This document shows, in pieces, positions 12,488 through 21,803 of a stretch of DNA of 30,305 nucleotides (positions are counted from its first letter, which is position 1; each line of letters starts with the position of its first letter). The notes under the pieces were generated by a model. It was not told the DNA's origin, ran no database searches, and saw only the letters and a list, made by a program, of their open reading frames with translations. A program made the position numbers and the translations under genes. The DNA comes from Chloroflexota bacterium (GTDB lineage Bacteria > Chloroflexota > Anaerolineae > Promineifilales > Promineifilaceae), in assembly GCA_039029915.1 (NCBI GenBank), contig JBCCFD010000035.1, positions 1 to 30,305 on the forward strand. The letters run 5' to 3'.

Positions 12488-13222
12488 TTATAAAGACCAA
12501 CCGACCCATTCCCCTCGCTCGTCCATAACGTGAGGATTGCCGTCTTCATCCCAGTGGATGAGTTGCCCAGCATGAACAATAATCGCAACGCGGGTGCGGG
12601 CTACTTTTTCGTCGGTGGTGGTTTGATTAAGTCCCCAAGCCGTATAAATTTGGCCGTTAATACGGCTAATAGTTCGCTTGTCGCGGAAACCCATGCGGCT
12701 AGCAATGTGCTCGTTACTCATGCCAATGGCGAGCATGCAGGCTACCTCGCGCTCATTGGGCTCGAGCAGGTCCATTGGGGCGTGCTCATCTTTGTGGCGT
12801 ACTTCTTGAACGCGGGTTTCGATGTCGGCGTCAATGAATGAACGGCCGTTAACGGCATCCTGTAGCAGCGGCACAATGAGCTGTGGCAAAAGATAATTCG
12901 ATTTCCGGACATAGGCATAATGACTCAAAATACCAGCCCGACGAAAATCCCGATAGTAATTATCGTCATCTTGGATGGAGTAAAAGACGACGGGCATTCG
13001 GGGGAATTCACGGCGAATGGCAACGGCCGTTTCAATACCATTGAGCTGTCCAGCCAGCTGTACATCCATCAGGATGACTTCCGGTTGCTGCTCAATGCAG
13101 TACTCTATGGCCGCTTCGCCCGTATCAAATTCATTGACGACTTCGATACTTGGAATGGCTTCAAAACCAGCCTTAAGTGCTGGTCGTAACTTCATGTTGT
13201 CTTCGACGATTAGTAATTTCAT
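12488..13222 (-). CDS. Response regulator, NarL/FixJ family (REC + LuxR-type HTH) with a ~50-aa C-terminal extension
   Basis: MKLLIVEDN...ILMDVQL (REC Asp pocket), then LEPNEREVACMLAIGMSNEHIASRMGFRDKRTISRINGQIYTAWGL (GerE/LuxR HTH). The cognate kinase lies 30 nt downstream. Confidence 0.8.
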   Translation of the reverse strand: MKLLIVEDNMKLRPALKAGFEAIPSIEVVNEFDTGEAAIEYCIEQQPEVILMDVQLAGQLNGIETAVAIRREFPRMPVVFYSIQDDDNYYRDFRRAGILSHYAYVRKSNYLLPQLIVPLLQDAVNGRSFIDADIETRVQEVRHKDEHAPMDLLEPNEREVACMLAIGMSNEHIASRMGFRDKRTISRINGQIYTAWGLNQTTTDEKVARTRVAIIVHAGQLIHWDEDGNPHVMDERGEWVGWSL

Positions 13223-13233
13223 GATGTCTTATT

Positions 13234-13300
13234 GTAATTGGTAAATGGTTATTTGTAATGATTGATTGGGCTCACTTGGTGACGATTTATTACCAATTAC
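13234..13300. promoter_or_regulatory. 11-bp perfect inverted repeat GTAATTGGTAA-N45-TTACCAATTAC just upstream of the RR-HK operon start
   Basis: 13234-13244 is the reverse complement of 13290-13300. TTGTAAT half-sites repeat in between. Candidate operator. Confidence 0.4.
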
Positions 13301-13625
13301 CCCCATTATTTGATTTGTAGTTAAACAGAAACAGGTTATTTGAGGTATTTCAAAAAAGCTTTCCGTTTTCTCAGTGAATAGAGATGAATCCACATAATTC
13401 TGTTCATTTTTATTCACATAAACCCAAACGCTTGCGATCTGGAAATATTTTACGTCCAATCGTCAAGCACCCAAGTGCGTTATCAAACGGCTTTAAATGG
13501 TGGTGCTTTTGTCATTTTTTTTATATTGTAACGTCACATAAGTGTTAATTGCTGTAGGTTTGAAAGGTCGTTTTCATTTTTGCAAGGTTGTATTGTTAGC
13601 TCAAATCATTTATGCGGAGATACGA

Positions 13626-14102
13626 ATGAATCTTTCAAACCACTCTTTCAATTTAACACAGCGGTTTTTTAGCGGAACCCACCTTAAAAAATTACTGTTT
13701 GTTTTTGTATTAGGTATTGTTAGTCTTGCTTTGTTTCCATATGGCGTGCTGGCCGAAGAATCAAGGATATTTCGATTTATTATCTATCGAGTCTTTGATT
13801 CTGAATGGTCTCACATCGTTGGTCACTTTGGGATGTTTAGTTTTATTGGAACGGCCGTACTGCTATTCTTTCCTAAGTTGCTCAGCTATCCGATCCTGTA
13901 TTTAAGTGTTATGCTGAACTTGGCTTGGATTCAAGAGTTTTTACAGTTAGCGACATTTAAACGCCGCCCGATCAACTTCGGGGAGCTGAAAGATTTAGGT
14001 ATTGACTTAGCGGCGGCCGTTTTTGTATTTATTGGTTTTGTTCTGTATCGGCATATTAAGAGAAGAAGAAAGCCACAGGTTATACCGACCGGAGACGATT
14101 GA
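13626..14102 (+). CDS. Small polytopic membrane protein, tentatively VanZ-like
   Basis: ATG at 13626 with GGAG 8 nt upstream. The six-frame track starts at GTG 13542. Four predicted TM helices and a basic C-terminus (KRRRKPQ). Confidence 0.5.
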   Translation: MNLSNHSFNLTQRFFSGTHLKKLLFVFVLGIVSLALFPYGVLAEESRIFRFIIYRVFDSEWSHIVGHFGMFSFIGTAVLLFFPKLLSYPILYLSVMLNLAWIQEFLQLATFKRRPINFGELKDLGIDLAAAVFVFIGFVLYRHIKRRRKPQVIPTGDD

Positions 14103-14379
14103 GGTTTCCTCACTGTTACGCATCATCTAAACACCTCAAAAAGCAGCAAAGACTTTTTGACATGCGAAAAACGACTGTAAATCGTTGATTCGATGTTAGA
14201 AAGACACATAACCTAATTGTTTTGTCAGACAGGCAGTGGCGAGTTAGTAGTAGCGACAAAACAGAAATTAAGATCACTGGTTCGTCATTCTTATTGTCAA
14301 GGGGATGGTGGTCTTGATGTGGCCTAATCATCATCGAACTTCAATAGTTGGAGAGTGTTGAAGTGATGACGTTGACCTG

Positions 14380-15042
14380 TTGGAGGAAGACATGGTTCAA
14401 CTATCGGTGGAAGACGAACGGTATCTTCATAAAGAATTACCTTCATTTGGAATTTTATCAGTTTGGTTTGGTGGATTTTTTGTAACGGTTACGGCCGTGA
14501 CGCAAATTTTGCATCAAACAATTGAGCCCACTTGGGCCCGCCCCCTTATCTTGATCATGGAAATCACCCTGTTAGCCATGATTGTGGGGTCCATCCTTTT
14601 TTTAGCCGTTAATTACCAATTTGGTGTCAGATTAGTGGCTATCCCCCTACTAGTAAACATCGGTACACTGCTTATTGTCCATACGGTTGCCTTCGATCGC
14701 ATGTGGGAAAACGCTCGGTTTTCTTCAATGGCATATGGTTTTGAGCAGGTGGTGGAGCAAATCGAAAATAACGAGATTGCCCCAGCTTCGGATGGGTATG
14801 CCATCCTGCCAGAAAGCTACCGCTATTTGTCTTCAAACGGAGATTTGATTCGGATTGAACGGTCAGGTGCGGATGTTTTGACGGTGCTATTCTTTGCAGA
14901 TTATGAATCAGCTAACCAATTTACGGGATACATTTACCGCTCGGATGGTAGCCCACCACCTTCATCGATGTTTAATGTGGATTGGCGGTTTCTACATCAG
15001 CGGTCTGCAAACTGGTATTTTGTCGTGTCTTATCCACAGTGA
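14380..15042 (+). CDS. Hypothetical membrane protein; start possibly ATG 14392 preceded by GGAGGA
   Basis: N-terminal TM helices, then a soluble domain. No recognisable motif. Confidence 0.5.
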   Translation: MEEDMVQLSVEDERYLHKELPSFGILSVWFGGFFVTVTAVTQILHQTIEPTWARPLILIMEITLLAMIVGSILFLAVNYQFGVRLVAIPLLVNIGTLLIVHTVAFDRMWENARFSSMAYGFEQVVEQIENNEIAPASDGYAILPESYRYLSSNGDLIRIERSGADVLTVLFFADYESANQFTGYIYRSDGSPPPSSMFNVDWRFLHQRSANWYFVVSYPQ

Positions 15043-15294
15043 GCTTGAAAGGCTGGTAAACCGTAATGGCAAGCAATAGCTAGTGAGTTGTTGTCAGTAA
15101 ATAGTGAATAACCATGTACCTAGGTCGTTGGTAGATAAAGCCAGCGACTTTTTTTGCCCCTTGACAAAGTGTATGATTTACACTAATATAGCTTGTATAG
15201 TGTTTGTGATACACTATCTACTTGATAAAACAACAATCAGTAACGGCAAAAACTGATTACTGATGACTTAATTCTTCACTAAACGAGGTGAGCC

Positions 15295-16128
15295 ATGTTA
15301 AAAGCAACTTTACTGATCGGATTTATGATTGTTCTCTCTGGGTTTGCTGGAGGAAATATGATGGTATTAACGGCCGTTACCGGCATTGCCATACTTGTTG
15401 GTTGGGCCATGTGGCAAAATACGGCCGTTTTTGTGCCAGAGATGCACACGGGAGTCGTGTATCGACATGGGGGGAGGGAGTATGCTCGCTTTCTTACTCC
15501 AGGGGATCACTTCATTAAACCATTTTCGGAAAAAGTGGGGGATTTTATACCGGTTGATCCCGGTTCGGTAAACGGTCGTTGTGATAGCATTCAAACGATC
15601 GGTGGCTTGCCGCTATCAATTGAGTGGACCATTTCATATAATCTCAATCCATTCCGAATTGCTCCTGAAAATCGGCCAAAGCTAGCCCGAAACCTGCCGC
15701 AAAAGTCTGGCAAGATTGTTCAAAAGCACACCAACAACATTTTACGCCACATTATAAGTGAATACAGCATTGAAGCACTGACCCAGCCGGGGATGCAGCG
15801 GAAATTAGAGCGACAGGTGCGTCAACAGGTGGCAGAACGGCTATCGGCGGCCGGGTTTGAGATTTCTCGAGTAATGATTGGGGCGATTGATATGCCGCCA
15901 CAGGTCACTGATGCGCTGGCTGAAGCGCTTAAGCGGCAGCTTCAAGCGGAGAACGAAGCGATAGCTTTGTCACGTTTGCAGTCGGTGGTCAGCCAATTTT
16001 CAGAAAATGATATGCAGCGATTGATCGAGCTAGAGCGTATCCACATGCTGGGTCAAAATGGGGTGACGCTAATGTATGCTCCACCTGCTGAGGTACAAAT
16101 GGGCTTGGGTAAACGGCCGTTGAACTAA
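15295..16128 (+). CDS. SPFH/band-7 (stomatin/prohibitin-like) membrane protein
   Basis: N-terminal TM, then an SPFH core (VVYRHGGREYARFLTPGDHFIKPF...) and a C-terminal coiled-coil/Ala-rich segment. SD GAGGTGA before the ATG. Confidence 0.75.
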   Translation: MLKATLLIGFMIVLSGFAGGNMMVLTAVTGIAILVGWAMWQNTAVFVPEMHTGVVYRHGGREYARFLTPGDHFIKPFSEKVGDFIPVDPGSVNGRCDSIQTIGGLPLSIEWTISYNLNPFRIAPENRPKLARNLPQKSGKIVQKHTNNILRHIISEYSIEALTQPGMQRKLERQVRQQVAERLSAAGFEISRVMIGAIDMPPQVTDALAEALKRQLQAENEAIALSRLQSVVSQFSENDMQRLIELERIHMLGQNGVTLMYAPPAEVQMGLGKRPLN

Positions 16129-16130
16129 AC

Positions 16131-16182
16131 TACTTCTGCTTATGTATCCTGAGCCTGTCGAAGGACACATAAGCAGAAGTGA
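16131..16182 (+). terminator. Hairpin CTTCTGCTTATGT...ACATAAGCAGAAG after the SPFH gene
   Basis: 13-bp perfect stem, no T-tract. Confidence 0.4.
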
Positions 16183-16196
16183 AAATTAATCACAAC

Positions 16197-16253
16197 CTCT
16201 GAGGCTTGCTGCGCATGATAAAATGCGTTGACGCAACGCTCAGAGGTTTTTTA
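16197..16253 (+). terminator. Rho-independent terminator AACCTCTGAGG...CCTCAGAGGTTTTTTA
   Basis: 9-bp stem with an internal GCGTTGACGCAACGC sub-hairpin, followed by a T6 run. Confidence 0.6.
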
Positions 16254-16390
16254 CATTTAGGAGACACACGTGACAGATACAATATCATACCGAGTGGTGG
16301 ATACCTGCTGAAGAATTAGAAAACCTAAACGACAATATTGTGGGTGAAATTGAGGTTGTTGTTGAGTTTCAATAGAGTGTGATTCGTTTC

Positions 16391-16589
16391 TGTGTAACGT
16401 CGAAATAAACGTAAGGGTGGGACGATTGGCAAGTGATGTGGGGCGTTCAAGTATTCTTGGCCCAATCGTCTCGCTCCTCGACTGACCTGCGCATGGGTGA
16501 GATGGCACGGTTCCGCATCTGTTATCTTTTGAAAATGGTGACCGTGCCATCCCACCCTGACGTACGAACACCTTTTCCCTCGTTACACA
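16391..16589. ncRNA. Candidate structured RNA or cis-regulatory element with nested, mutually exclusive stems; strand not determined
   Basis: Outer stem TGTGTAACG (16391-99) / CGTTACACA (16581-89). Stem GACGATTGG (16421-29) / CCAATCGTC (16462-70). 17-bp stem GGGTGAGATGGCACGGT (16495-511) / ACCGTGCCATCCCACCC (16541-57) with one mismatch. AGGGTGGGA (16414-22) is also perfectly complementary to TCCCACCCT (16549-57), giving an alternative fold. Confidence 0.4.
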
Positions 16590-16621
16590 ACTTTTGATTG
16601 CACTCGTTTCAATAAAACCTA

Positions 16622-16651
16622 TTGCAACATTAGGAACAAATGTTCTATAAT
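16622..16651 (+). promoter_or_regulatory. Promoter TTGCAA-18-TATAAT immediately upstream of the radical SAM ORF
   Basis: A perfect -10 ends 6 nt before the GTG at 16658, implying a leaderless or very short-leader mRNA unless a downstream start is used. Confidence 0.45.
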
Positions 16652-16657
16652 GAGTGA

Positions 16658-17875
16658 GTGGATGTAATAACTAAACTTCAAGATGTTGCCACTCACATGA
16701 ATCTGGAGCCTGATGGTGAACCAGCTAGGCAGCTGCCATTGGCTCAAGAAATAGCCCCTTGTGGGCAGTTGATTCCAAAAGCGCCACCTAACCCTCCAAA
16801 AGGGGATAAAAAATCGATAGGCATTTCCCATTTGATCATGCCAGGTGGCAAAACGCTACCTGCCCTAAAAACCATGTTGACAACCGCCTGCGAGCGGGAT
16901 TGCTACTACTGTCCGTTCCGAGCCGGGCGTTCATATCGCCGACAATCGTTTAAACCGGAAGAGATGGCCAAGACGTTTATGGATATGCATCGGGCAGGTT
17001 TAGTCAAAGGGTTATTTTTAAGCTCTGGCATTATCAAAGGGGGCGTGGCGACTCAAGATAGATTGATCGACACGGCCGATATTCTGCGAAATAAGTATCA
17101 ATATAAGGGATATTTGCACCTAAAAGTGATGCCTGGGGCAGAAAAAGACCAGGTTCGCCGCTCAATGGAACTGGCGAGTCGGTTATCTGTCAACCTGGAA
17201 GCCCCAAATGATAAACGGCTGGCCTTATTAGCACCTAAAAAACAGTTTGTTAACGAATTGGTAAAACCTCTCGAGTGGATTGAGCAAGTTAGGAAAAATG
17301 AACAACCGCTCAATTCTTGGAATACGCGCTGGCCCTCAAGTGTTACCCAATTTGTGGTGGGCGGTGTTGGTGAATCTGATCTTGAACTACTAATTATTAG
17401 TGAGCTACTCATAAAAAAATACAAACTGCAGAGAATCTACTACTCAGCCTTTCGCCCAATTATAGATACACCAATGGAAAATTTGCCTGCTGAAAATCCA
17501 ATGAGACAGCACCGACTGTATCAAACCTCGTTTTTGTTTCGAGATTATGGGTTTGACATGGAGGAAATGCCGTTTGATCGGGACGGCAACTTGCCGCTTG
17601 ATGAAGACCCCAAAATGGCGTGGGCTAATGCGCACCTTTTGGAAAATCCTGTTGAGGTGAATAAGGCTGAGCGCACAATACTGATACGGGTGCCCGGGGT
17701 GGGGCCAATTGGCGTAAAGCGCATCTTGAATGCGCGTCGTCAAGGCAAAATTCGAGACCTGGCTGACTTACGCAAGATTGGTGTGCCAACAAAGCGGCTT
17801 GAGTCATATGTACTCTTAGATGGTAAACGGCCGTTGCGCCAAATGCCACTGTTTCCCGTGAAGCAGAAGCCGTAA
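16658..17875 (+). CDS. Radical SAM protein with a C-terminal helix-hairpin-helix; resembles the 'putative DNA modification/repair radical SAM protein' family (TIGR03916-like)
   Basis: N-terminus MDVITKLQ..., Cys cluster ACERDCYYCPF (CxxxCxxC), and a C-terminal HhH IRVPGVGPIGVKRILNARRQG. GTG start; alternative ATG at 16697. Confidence 0.7.
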   Translation: MDVITKLQDVATHMNLEPDGEPARQLPLAQEIAPCGQLIPKAPPNPPKGDKKSIGISHLIMPGGKTLPALKTMLTTACERDCYYCPFRAGRSYRRQSFKPEEMAKTFMDMHRAGLVKGLFLSSGIIKGGVATQDRLIDTADILRNKYQYKGYLHLKVMPGAEKDQVRRSMELASRLSVNLEAPNDKRLALLAPKKQFVNELVKPLEWIEQVRKNEQPLNSWNTRWPSSVTQFVVGGVGESDLELLIISELLIKKYKLQRIYYSAFRPIIDTPMENLPAENPMRQHRLYQTSFLFRDYGFDMEEMPFDRDGNLPLDEDPKMAWANAHLLENPVEVNKAERTILIRVPGVGPIGVKRILNARRQGKIRDLADLRKIGVPTKRLESYVLLDGKRPLRQMPLFPVKQKP

Positions 17876-17949
17876 AGAGGTGACCTTAAACGTGTACTTC
17901 TTGATGGCCAAAATGTTTTCAAACTGGGTTTGCTTTCGTACAATTGGGT

Positions 17950-18378
17950 ATGAACGATTTAATCATCCGTGAAGCAACCCAGCAGGACATTCCTCAATTA
18001 GGGAAACTCAATCATCAGCTGATTCAAGATGAAGGGCATGAAAATAAATTGGGCGTGACGGGCTTGCAAAAGCGCATGGCTGTTTGGTTACTGCATGAAT
18101 ACCGCTGTTTCGTCGCCACACAGAAACACCTGATTGTGGGGTATGCGCTATTTAAATCAACCGCCACCGGTTTTTATTTACGCCAGCTTTTTGTTTCAAG
18201 AGATCATCGTCGCTTGGGGATTGGCACAGCGCTTTTAGACTTTTTGTTTGCGGAAGTGTGGCATGAGCAAGAACTGCGACTTGAGGTCCTATCTACTAAT
18301 CATCAAGCGATTGCTTTTTATGAACAGTACGGACTGTCTCTTTATTGCCACACATTTCGACGAGCCGCAAAAGCATGA
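17950..18378 (+). CDS. GNAT family N-acetyltransferase
   Basis: HRRLGIGTALLDF (acetyl-CoA binding motif A: RxxGxG/A). 143 aa. The stop overlaps the next start (ATGA). Confidence 0.75.
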   Translation: MNDLIIREATQQDIPQLGKLNHQLIQDEGHENKLGVTGLQKRMAVWLLHEYRCFVATQKHLIVGYALFKSTATGFYLRQLFVSRDHRRLGIGTALLDFLFAEVWHEQELRLEVLSTNHQAIAFYEQYGLSLYCHTFRRAAKA

Positions 18379-19415
18379 GAAAAGCAAGCTTTATTTTGAT
18401 CATTCTTTATTGCCTAGTTGGGTGTCAATCTCAGCCTGCAACCGCTGTGCCAGAAACGGCCGTATCCGAACCAGCCTCAACGGCTATCCCAACTCCAATT
18501 GTAGGTCCGTCTGGTCGATTAATTTTTATTGAGGTTGATGTGGGCAGTCAGTATATTTCGGAATATGACCTTCAATCTAAAACAGTGCGGCGTCTGTTTA
18601 CGGCTCCTGAGAATGGGTGGGTGTCTCAAATAGACATTTTGACAGATTCTGAGCAGCTTTTGATGGCTTACGCCTCACCACCTCCAGATGGCGAAATCCA
18701 GTTTGGTTACACAGATATTTATTTAACAGCACCTGATGAAACGGCCGTTCCTACCTTTTTGATTCAAAGAGAACAACCAGAAGGACTTGTTTTTAATCCA
18801 GTCTGGTCCCCAGAACAACAGTACGTTTATTATTCACGCGTTACCCCAAATTCTGAAGACAGCGCCCAGTTTAAGCTGTTCTTGGAGCGATATGAGGTTG
18901 AAAGCGGAGAGAGTATCCAAATTGCTCCGGAAGGGATATGGCCGGCTGTCTCCCCAGCTAATGATAAGATTTCGTATGTCACTGTTGATCCACAGTCTTT
19001 GGGTAACGCACTGTGGCTTGCCAATCCTGATGGCGGTGAGGCGCGCCAGCTGGTTCCTGAAGGTGAGTTTGAAGTGGTTGATGTGCCCTTGTTTTCACCA
19101 GATGGGGAGTGGGTTTACTTTACAGCAGCGGAGAATCGAGAAACGGCCGTTTCTTGGTGGCACCGTTTGGTTGGCGTAAAAACTGCCTCCGCTCACAATA
19201 TTCCGTCAGATTGGTATCGTATTTCAGCGGCTGGTGGTGATTACGAACAGCTAACAGCTATTCTAGAAACGGGGATTTACGGTGACTTTTCTCCAGATGG
19301 CCAATTGATTGCCTTTGCCACATTTAATGGTTTATATCTGATGAAACCAGATGGCTCAGAGCTTGAAAAGATATTAGACATTGGTGCGACAACATCATTA
19401 TCCTGGGTACGGTGA
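18375..19415 (+). CDS. Lipoprotein with TolB-like PD40 beta-propeller repeats
   Basis: Signal peptide plus lipobox MRKASFILIILYCLVGC. Repeated SPDGEWVYF, SPDGQLIAFA and YLMKPDGSELEKI motifs. Confidence 0.7.
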   Translation: MRKASFILIILYCLVGCQSQPATAVPETAVSEPASTAIPTPIVGPSGRLIFIEVDVGSQYISEYDLQSKTVRRLFTAPENGWVSQIDILTDSEQLLMAYASPPPDGEIQFGYTDIYLTAPDETAVPTFLIQREQPEGLVFNPVWSPEQQYVYYSRVTPNSEDSAQFKLFLERYEVESGESIQIAPEGIWPAVSPANDKISYVTVDPQSLGNALWLANPDGGEARQLVPEGEFEVVDVPLFSPDGEWVYFTAAENRETAVSWWHRLVGVKTASAHNIPSDWYRISAAGGDYEQLTAILETGIYGDFSPDGQLIAFATFNGLYLMKPDGSELEKILDIGATTSLSWVR

Positions 19416-19422
19416 TAATCTT

Positions 19423-19800
19423 ATGCATGTGAATCACGAAGATTGGGATGTTAGATTTATTGGCGAAGAAGTAGCGGTTGAATTTGATGAAGCCCCGCTT
19501 TTTTCTAAAAAGCCTCATTGCCCTAACCGTCTTATCTGGGGTGAGGAGAAGCTGGTTATTCGGACCCTGATTACTGAGTGGCGCAACTATAACCGGCGGG
19601 GTACCTCTGCTGTTAACATGAGGCCCTCAAACTTAACCAAGGCTGCCCGAAAAGGGTCTTGGGGAGTAGGGCGATATTATTTTCGCATTCAATTGGAAAA
19701 CGGCCGTATTTTTGACCTGTACTATGATCGTGCTCCTAAAAGACTTAAACAGCGCGGTGGCAGCTGGTTTCTAGATCGAGAGATGATTCCCAAAGGGTAA
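19423..19800 (+). CDS. Hypothetical 125-aa protein
   Basis: ORF MHVNHEDWDVRF...GRYYFRIQLENGRIFDLYYDRAP...GSWFLDREM. The start is uncertain (TTG at 19381 in the track). Confidence 0.45.
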   Translation: MHVNHEDWDVRFIGEEVAVEFDEAPLFSKKPHCPNRLIWGEEKLVIRTLITEWRNYNRRGTSAVNMRPSNLTKAARKGSWGVGRYYFRIQLENGRIFDLYYDRAPKRLKQRGGSWFLDREMIPKG

Positions 19801-19802
19801 GC

Positions 19803-19852
19803 GAAACGAAGTTCCTGTTTTGAATAAAAAGACGGCTAAAAACTTCGTTTCC
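19803..19852. other. Hairpin GAAACGAAGTT-N28-AACTTCGTTTC between convergent genes
   Basis: 11-bp perfect inverted repeat with no T-tract. A third AACTTCG copy sits at about 19884. Confidence 0.4.
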
Positions 19853-19922
19853 TAGAGGGTCCAGAGTTTTCATCTAACAAGGTTTTCAAACTAGAAACTT
19901 CGGCACATTTAATAGGCATTCC

Positions 19923-21443
19923 CTATTCTGTATTGAGGGTCTTCAACTTCTGCCACGCCTCAACCCTATCTTTTACCTCAACTTGAACTGTCAAATCTGC
20001 CAAAATATCATCCACATATTGCGCTTGCCGCATGCCCACAAGCGTACAGCTCACCCCTTTTGTGCTTCGCAATGCCCGAATGGCCGTTTGGCTTAATGTA
20101 TTTGCTTTCCAATCGGCTGAGATGGAAACGGCCGTTTCTTGAATCTGCAGGGCCTCTTTTGCACCAGCCTCCTGATAAAATGCTGCCACAGCCATCAAGG
20201 TTTCATTAAATCGGTCAACATATGAATTCAACCAATCGATTAGGTCATCAGATGCCTTGGCATGCTGTGATAAAAATTGAATGGCTGATTCAGCTCTTGG
20301 AATAAAAAACTGTGCCTGTAGCTGATGCCAATTTTGATAAGTTTCAAATCCTTGCCACTTACCATCCAGCATTTGGCCTAGGGCTAGATATTCTAAGAGC
20401 TGTTGATTTGTTTGGGCATCTTCTGCCAGGATCGGCAACCATCTATCAGCAAACTCAGCTTCAGCTTGAACCAAACTGTCAACCAAGGTAGACACTTCTT
20501 CAACTGTTGTCGGGTAACTTGGTGGCTGCACGTCAGCGAGTCGGATAAGCTGATCATTGTGAAAGGCATTTAATGGTCGATTAATTAAAACGGTCAAATT
20601 GTTTGCTTCAGCATATGCAATTGTGCTTTCTAAGTTGGGCATATTTTGTTCTGTCAAGCCACCTGTTTCAAACAGATTAAACGGTAGCTGAATAAACTTG
20701 AAATGATGCTCAGGCGAAATCGATTCTGCAATTTCCAGCACCTTTGCTAGGGATGTAAATGTATATTCATCTTTCGTTAACGGGAAGGTGTTTGAGCTGA
20801 TGCCATACCATTGAATTTTGCCCTCAGAAACGGCCGTTTCTAAATATTCAAAAGCTAACTTGATGCGTTTGTAATACTCTTTTTGTGCGCTTTCTTGTGG
20901 AATTGTGGCAACTTTTGCCCAGCTTAGATAATATTCAGGATTATGGAGCAAATAAGCATCAATGGTATTGAGTTGTAATCGATGTAAACTTTTTTGGAGT
21001 TGATCTTCAATGAACTCAGGATGAATGCAGTGATCAAGCCCTTGGCTGTATTTGACTAAGTTTGGAAACGGTCTCCCCTGTCTTCGCCGTTGTCTAGCCA
21101 TTTCATAATTTTGTCCTTGCAGATACCCCACTTTTGAAACAACAACGACTTCTTCGCGATTTAGCTTTTTTTCACTGCATAACTGAGAAAGCACCTCACC
21201 AACAAGTTCTTCGGAACGGCCATCAGCATAATTTGTGCTTGTGTCTATCACATTGACACCCTGCCCAAGCGCTTTTATCAAAGCTTTTTTATGTTGTTCA
21301 TTTCCTGTAGAGATTCGGTAACAGCCAAAACCAACCTGACTAATTTTTAATGAGGTGCTCGATAGCAGGTTTGATTGGATGGTGTTATGACGGGAAAAAT
21401 AAACTGTTGTGCCCTGAAGAGTTGCACCATTACTCTGGGTCAT
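19923..21443 (-). CDS. Aldo/keto reductase family oxidoreductase with a large internal or C-terminal insertion (506 aa)
   Basis: Start set at MTQSNG with AAGGAG 5 nt upstream; the track starts 5 codons earlier. AKR N-terminal core (GFGCYRI...ALGQGVNVIDTSTNYADGRSEELVGEVL) and an AKR-like C-terminal LVGMRQAQYVDDILADL, with about 150 extra residues in between. Confidence 0.7.
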   Translation of the reverse strand: MTQSNGATLQGTTVYFSRHNTIQSNLLSSTSLKISQVGFGCYRISTGNEQHKKALIKALGQGVNVIDTSTNYADGRSEELVGEVLSQLCSEKKLNREEVVVVSKVGYLQGQNYEMARQRRRQGRPFPNLVKYSQGLDHCIHPEFIEDQLQKSLHRLQLNTIDAYLLHNPEYYLSWAKVATIPQESAQKEYYKRIKLAFEYLETAVSEGKIQWYGISSNTFPLTKDEYTFTSLAKVLEIAESISPEHHFKFIQLPFNLFETGGLTEQNMPNLESTIAYAEANNLTVLINRPLNAFHNDQLIRLADVQPPSYPTTVEEVSTLVDSLVQAEAEFADRWLPILAEDAQTNQQLLEYLALGQMLDGKWQGFETYQNWHQLQAQFFIPRAESAIQFLSQHAKASDDLIDWLNSYVDRFNETLMAVAAFYQEAGAKEALQIQETAVSISADWKANTLSQTAIRALRSTKGVSCTLVGMRQAQYVDDILADLTVQVEVKDRVEAWQKLKTLNTE

Positions 21444-21803
21444 GCACACTCCTTTCAAATGGTTGATGAAAAAATTTCATAAGCTTGTAAGATTAAATGA
21501 ATGGTTTATTAATTATTTTCGATAGAGTTGATCAAATGCATCGATAGAAAGGGTATTTCCTAAAAATCGGAACATAAAAATTGTAAAAAATTAAGTCAGT
21601 TCCTGTTGCTCTGCAAATAAGTGGCTTGATCAATAGTTTATGACTGTAAGCATGTTGACACGGATTTCGGATCTTTTCATACTCAGAGTGGGTGGTGGAA
21701 AAACTTTGTAACTATTTTTTTTCAAGGCGGTGTTGTGTCTAAAAACAAATTAGGGCGTCAATTACTATAGCAATAAGACCGTATTGATAGGAGTTAATAT
21801 TTA

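Noticed and set aside
12530-13244. Plus-strand ORFs (103, 89 and 75 aa) antisense to the response-regulator gene, and similar antisense ORFs elsewhere (9553-9882, 17098-17849, 23734-24069, 25944-26141, 28618-28926)
   Set aside because: They lie opposite well-supported genes with clear domain motifs and have no independent signals.
16257-16571. Minus-strand ORFs of 104 and 76 aa across the structured intergenic element
   Set aside because: No RBS, and they are embedded in a hairpin-rich region. The open frame is likely incidental to the palindromic structure.
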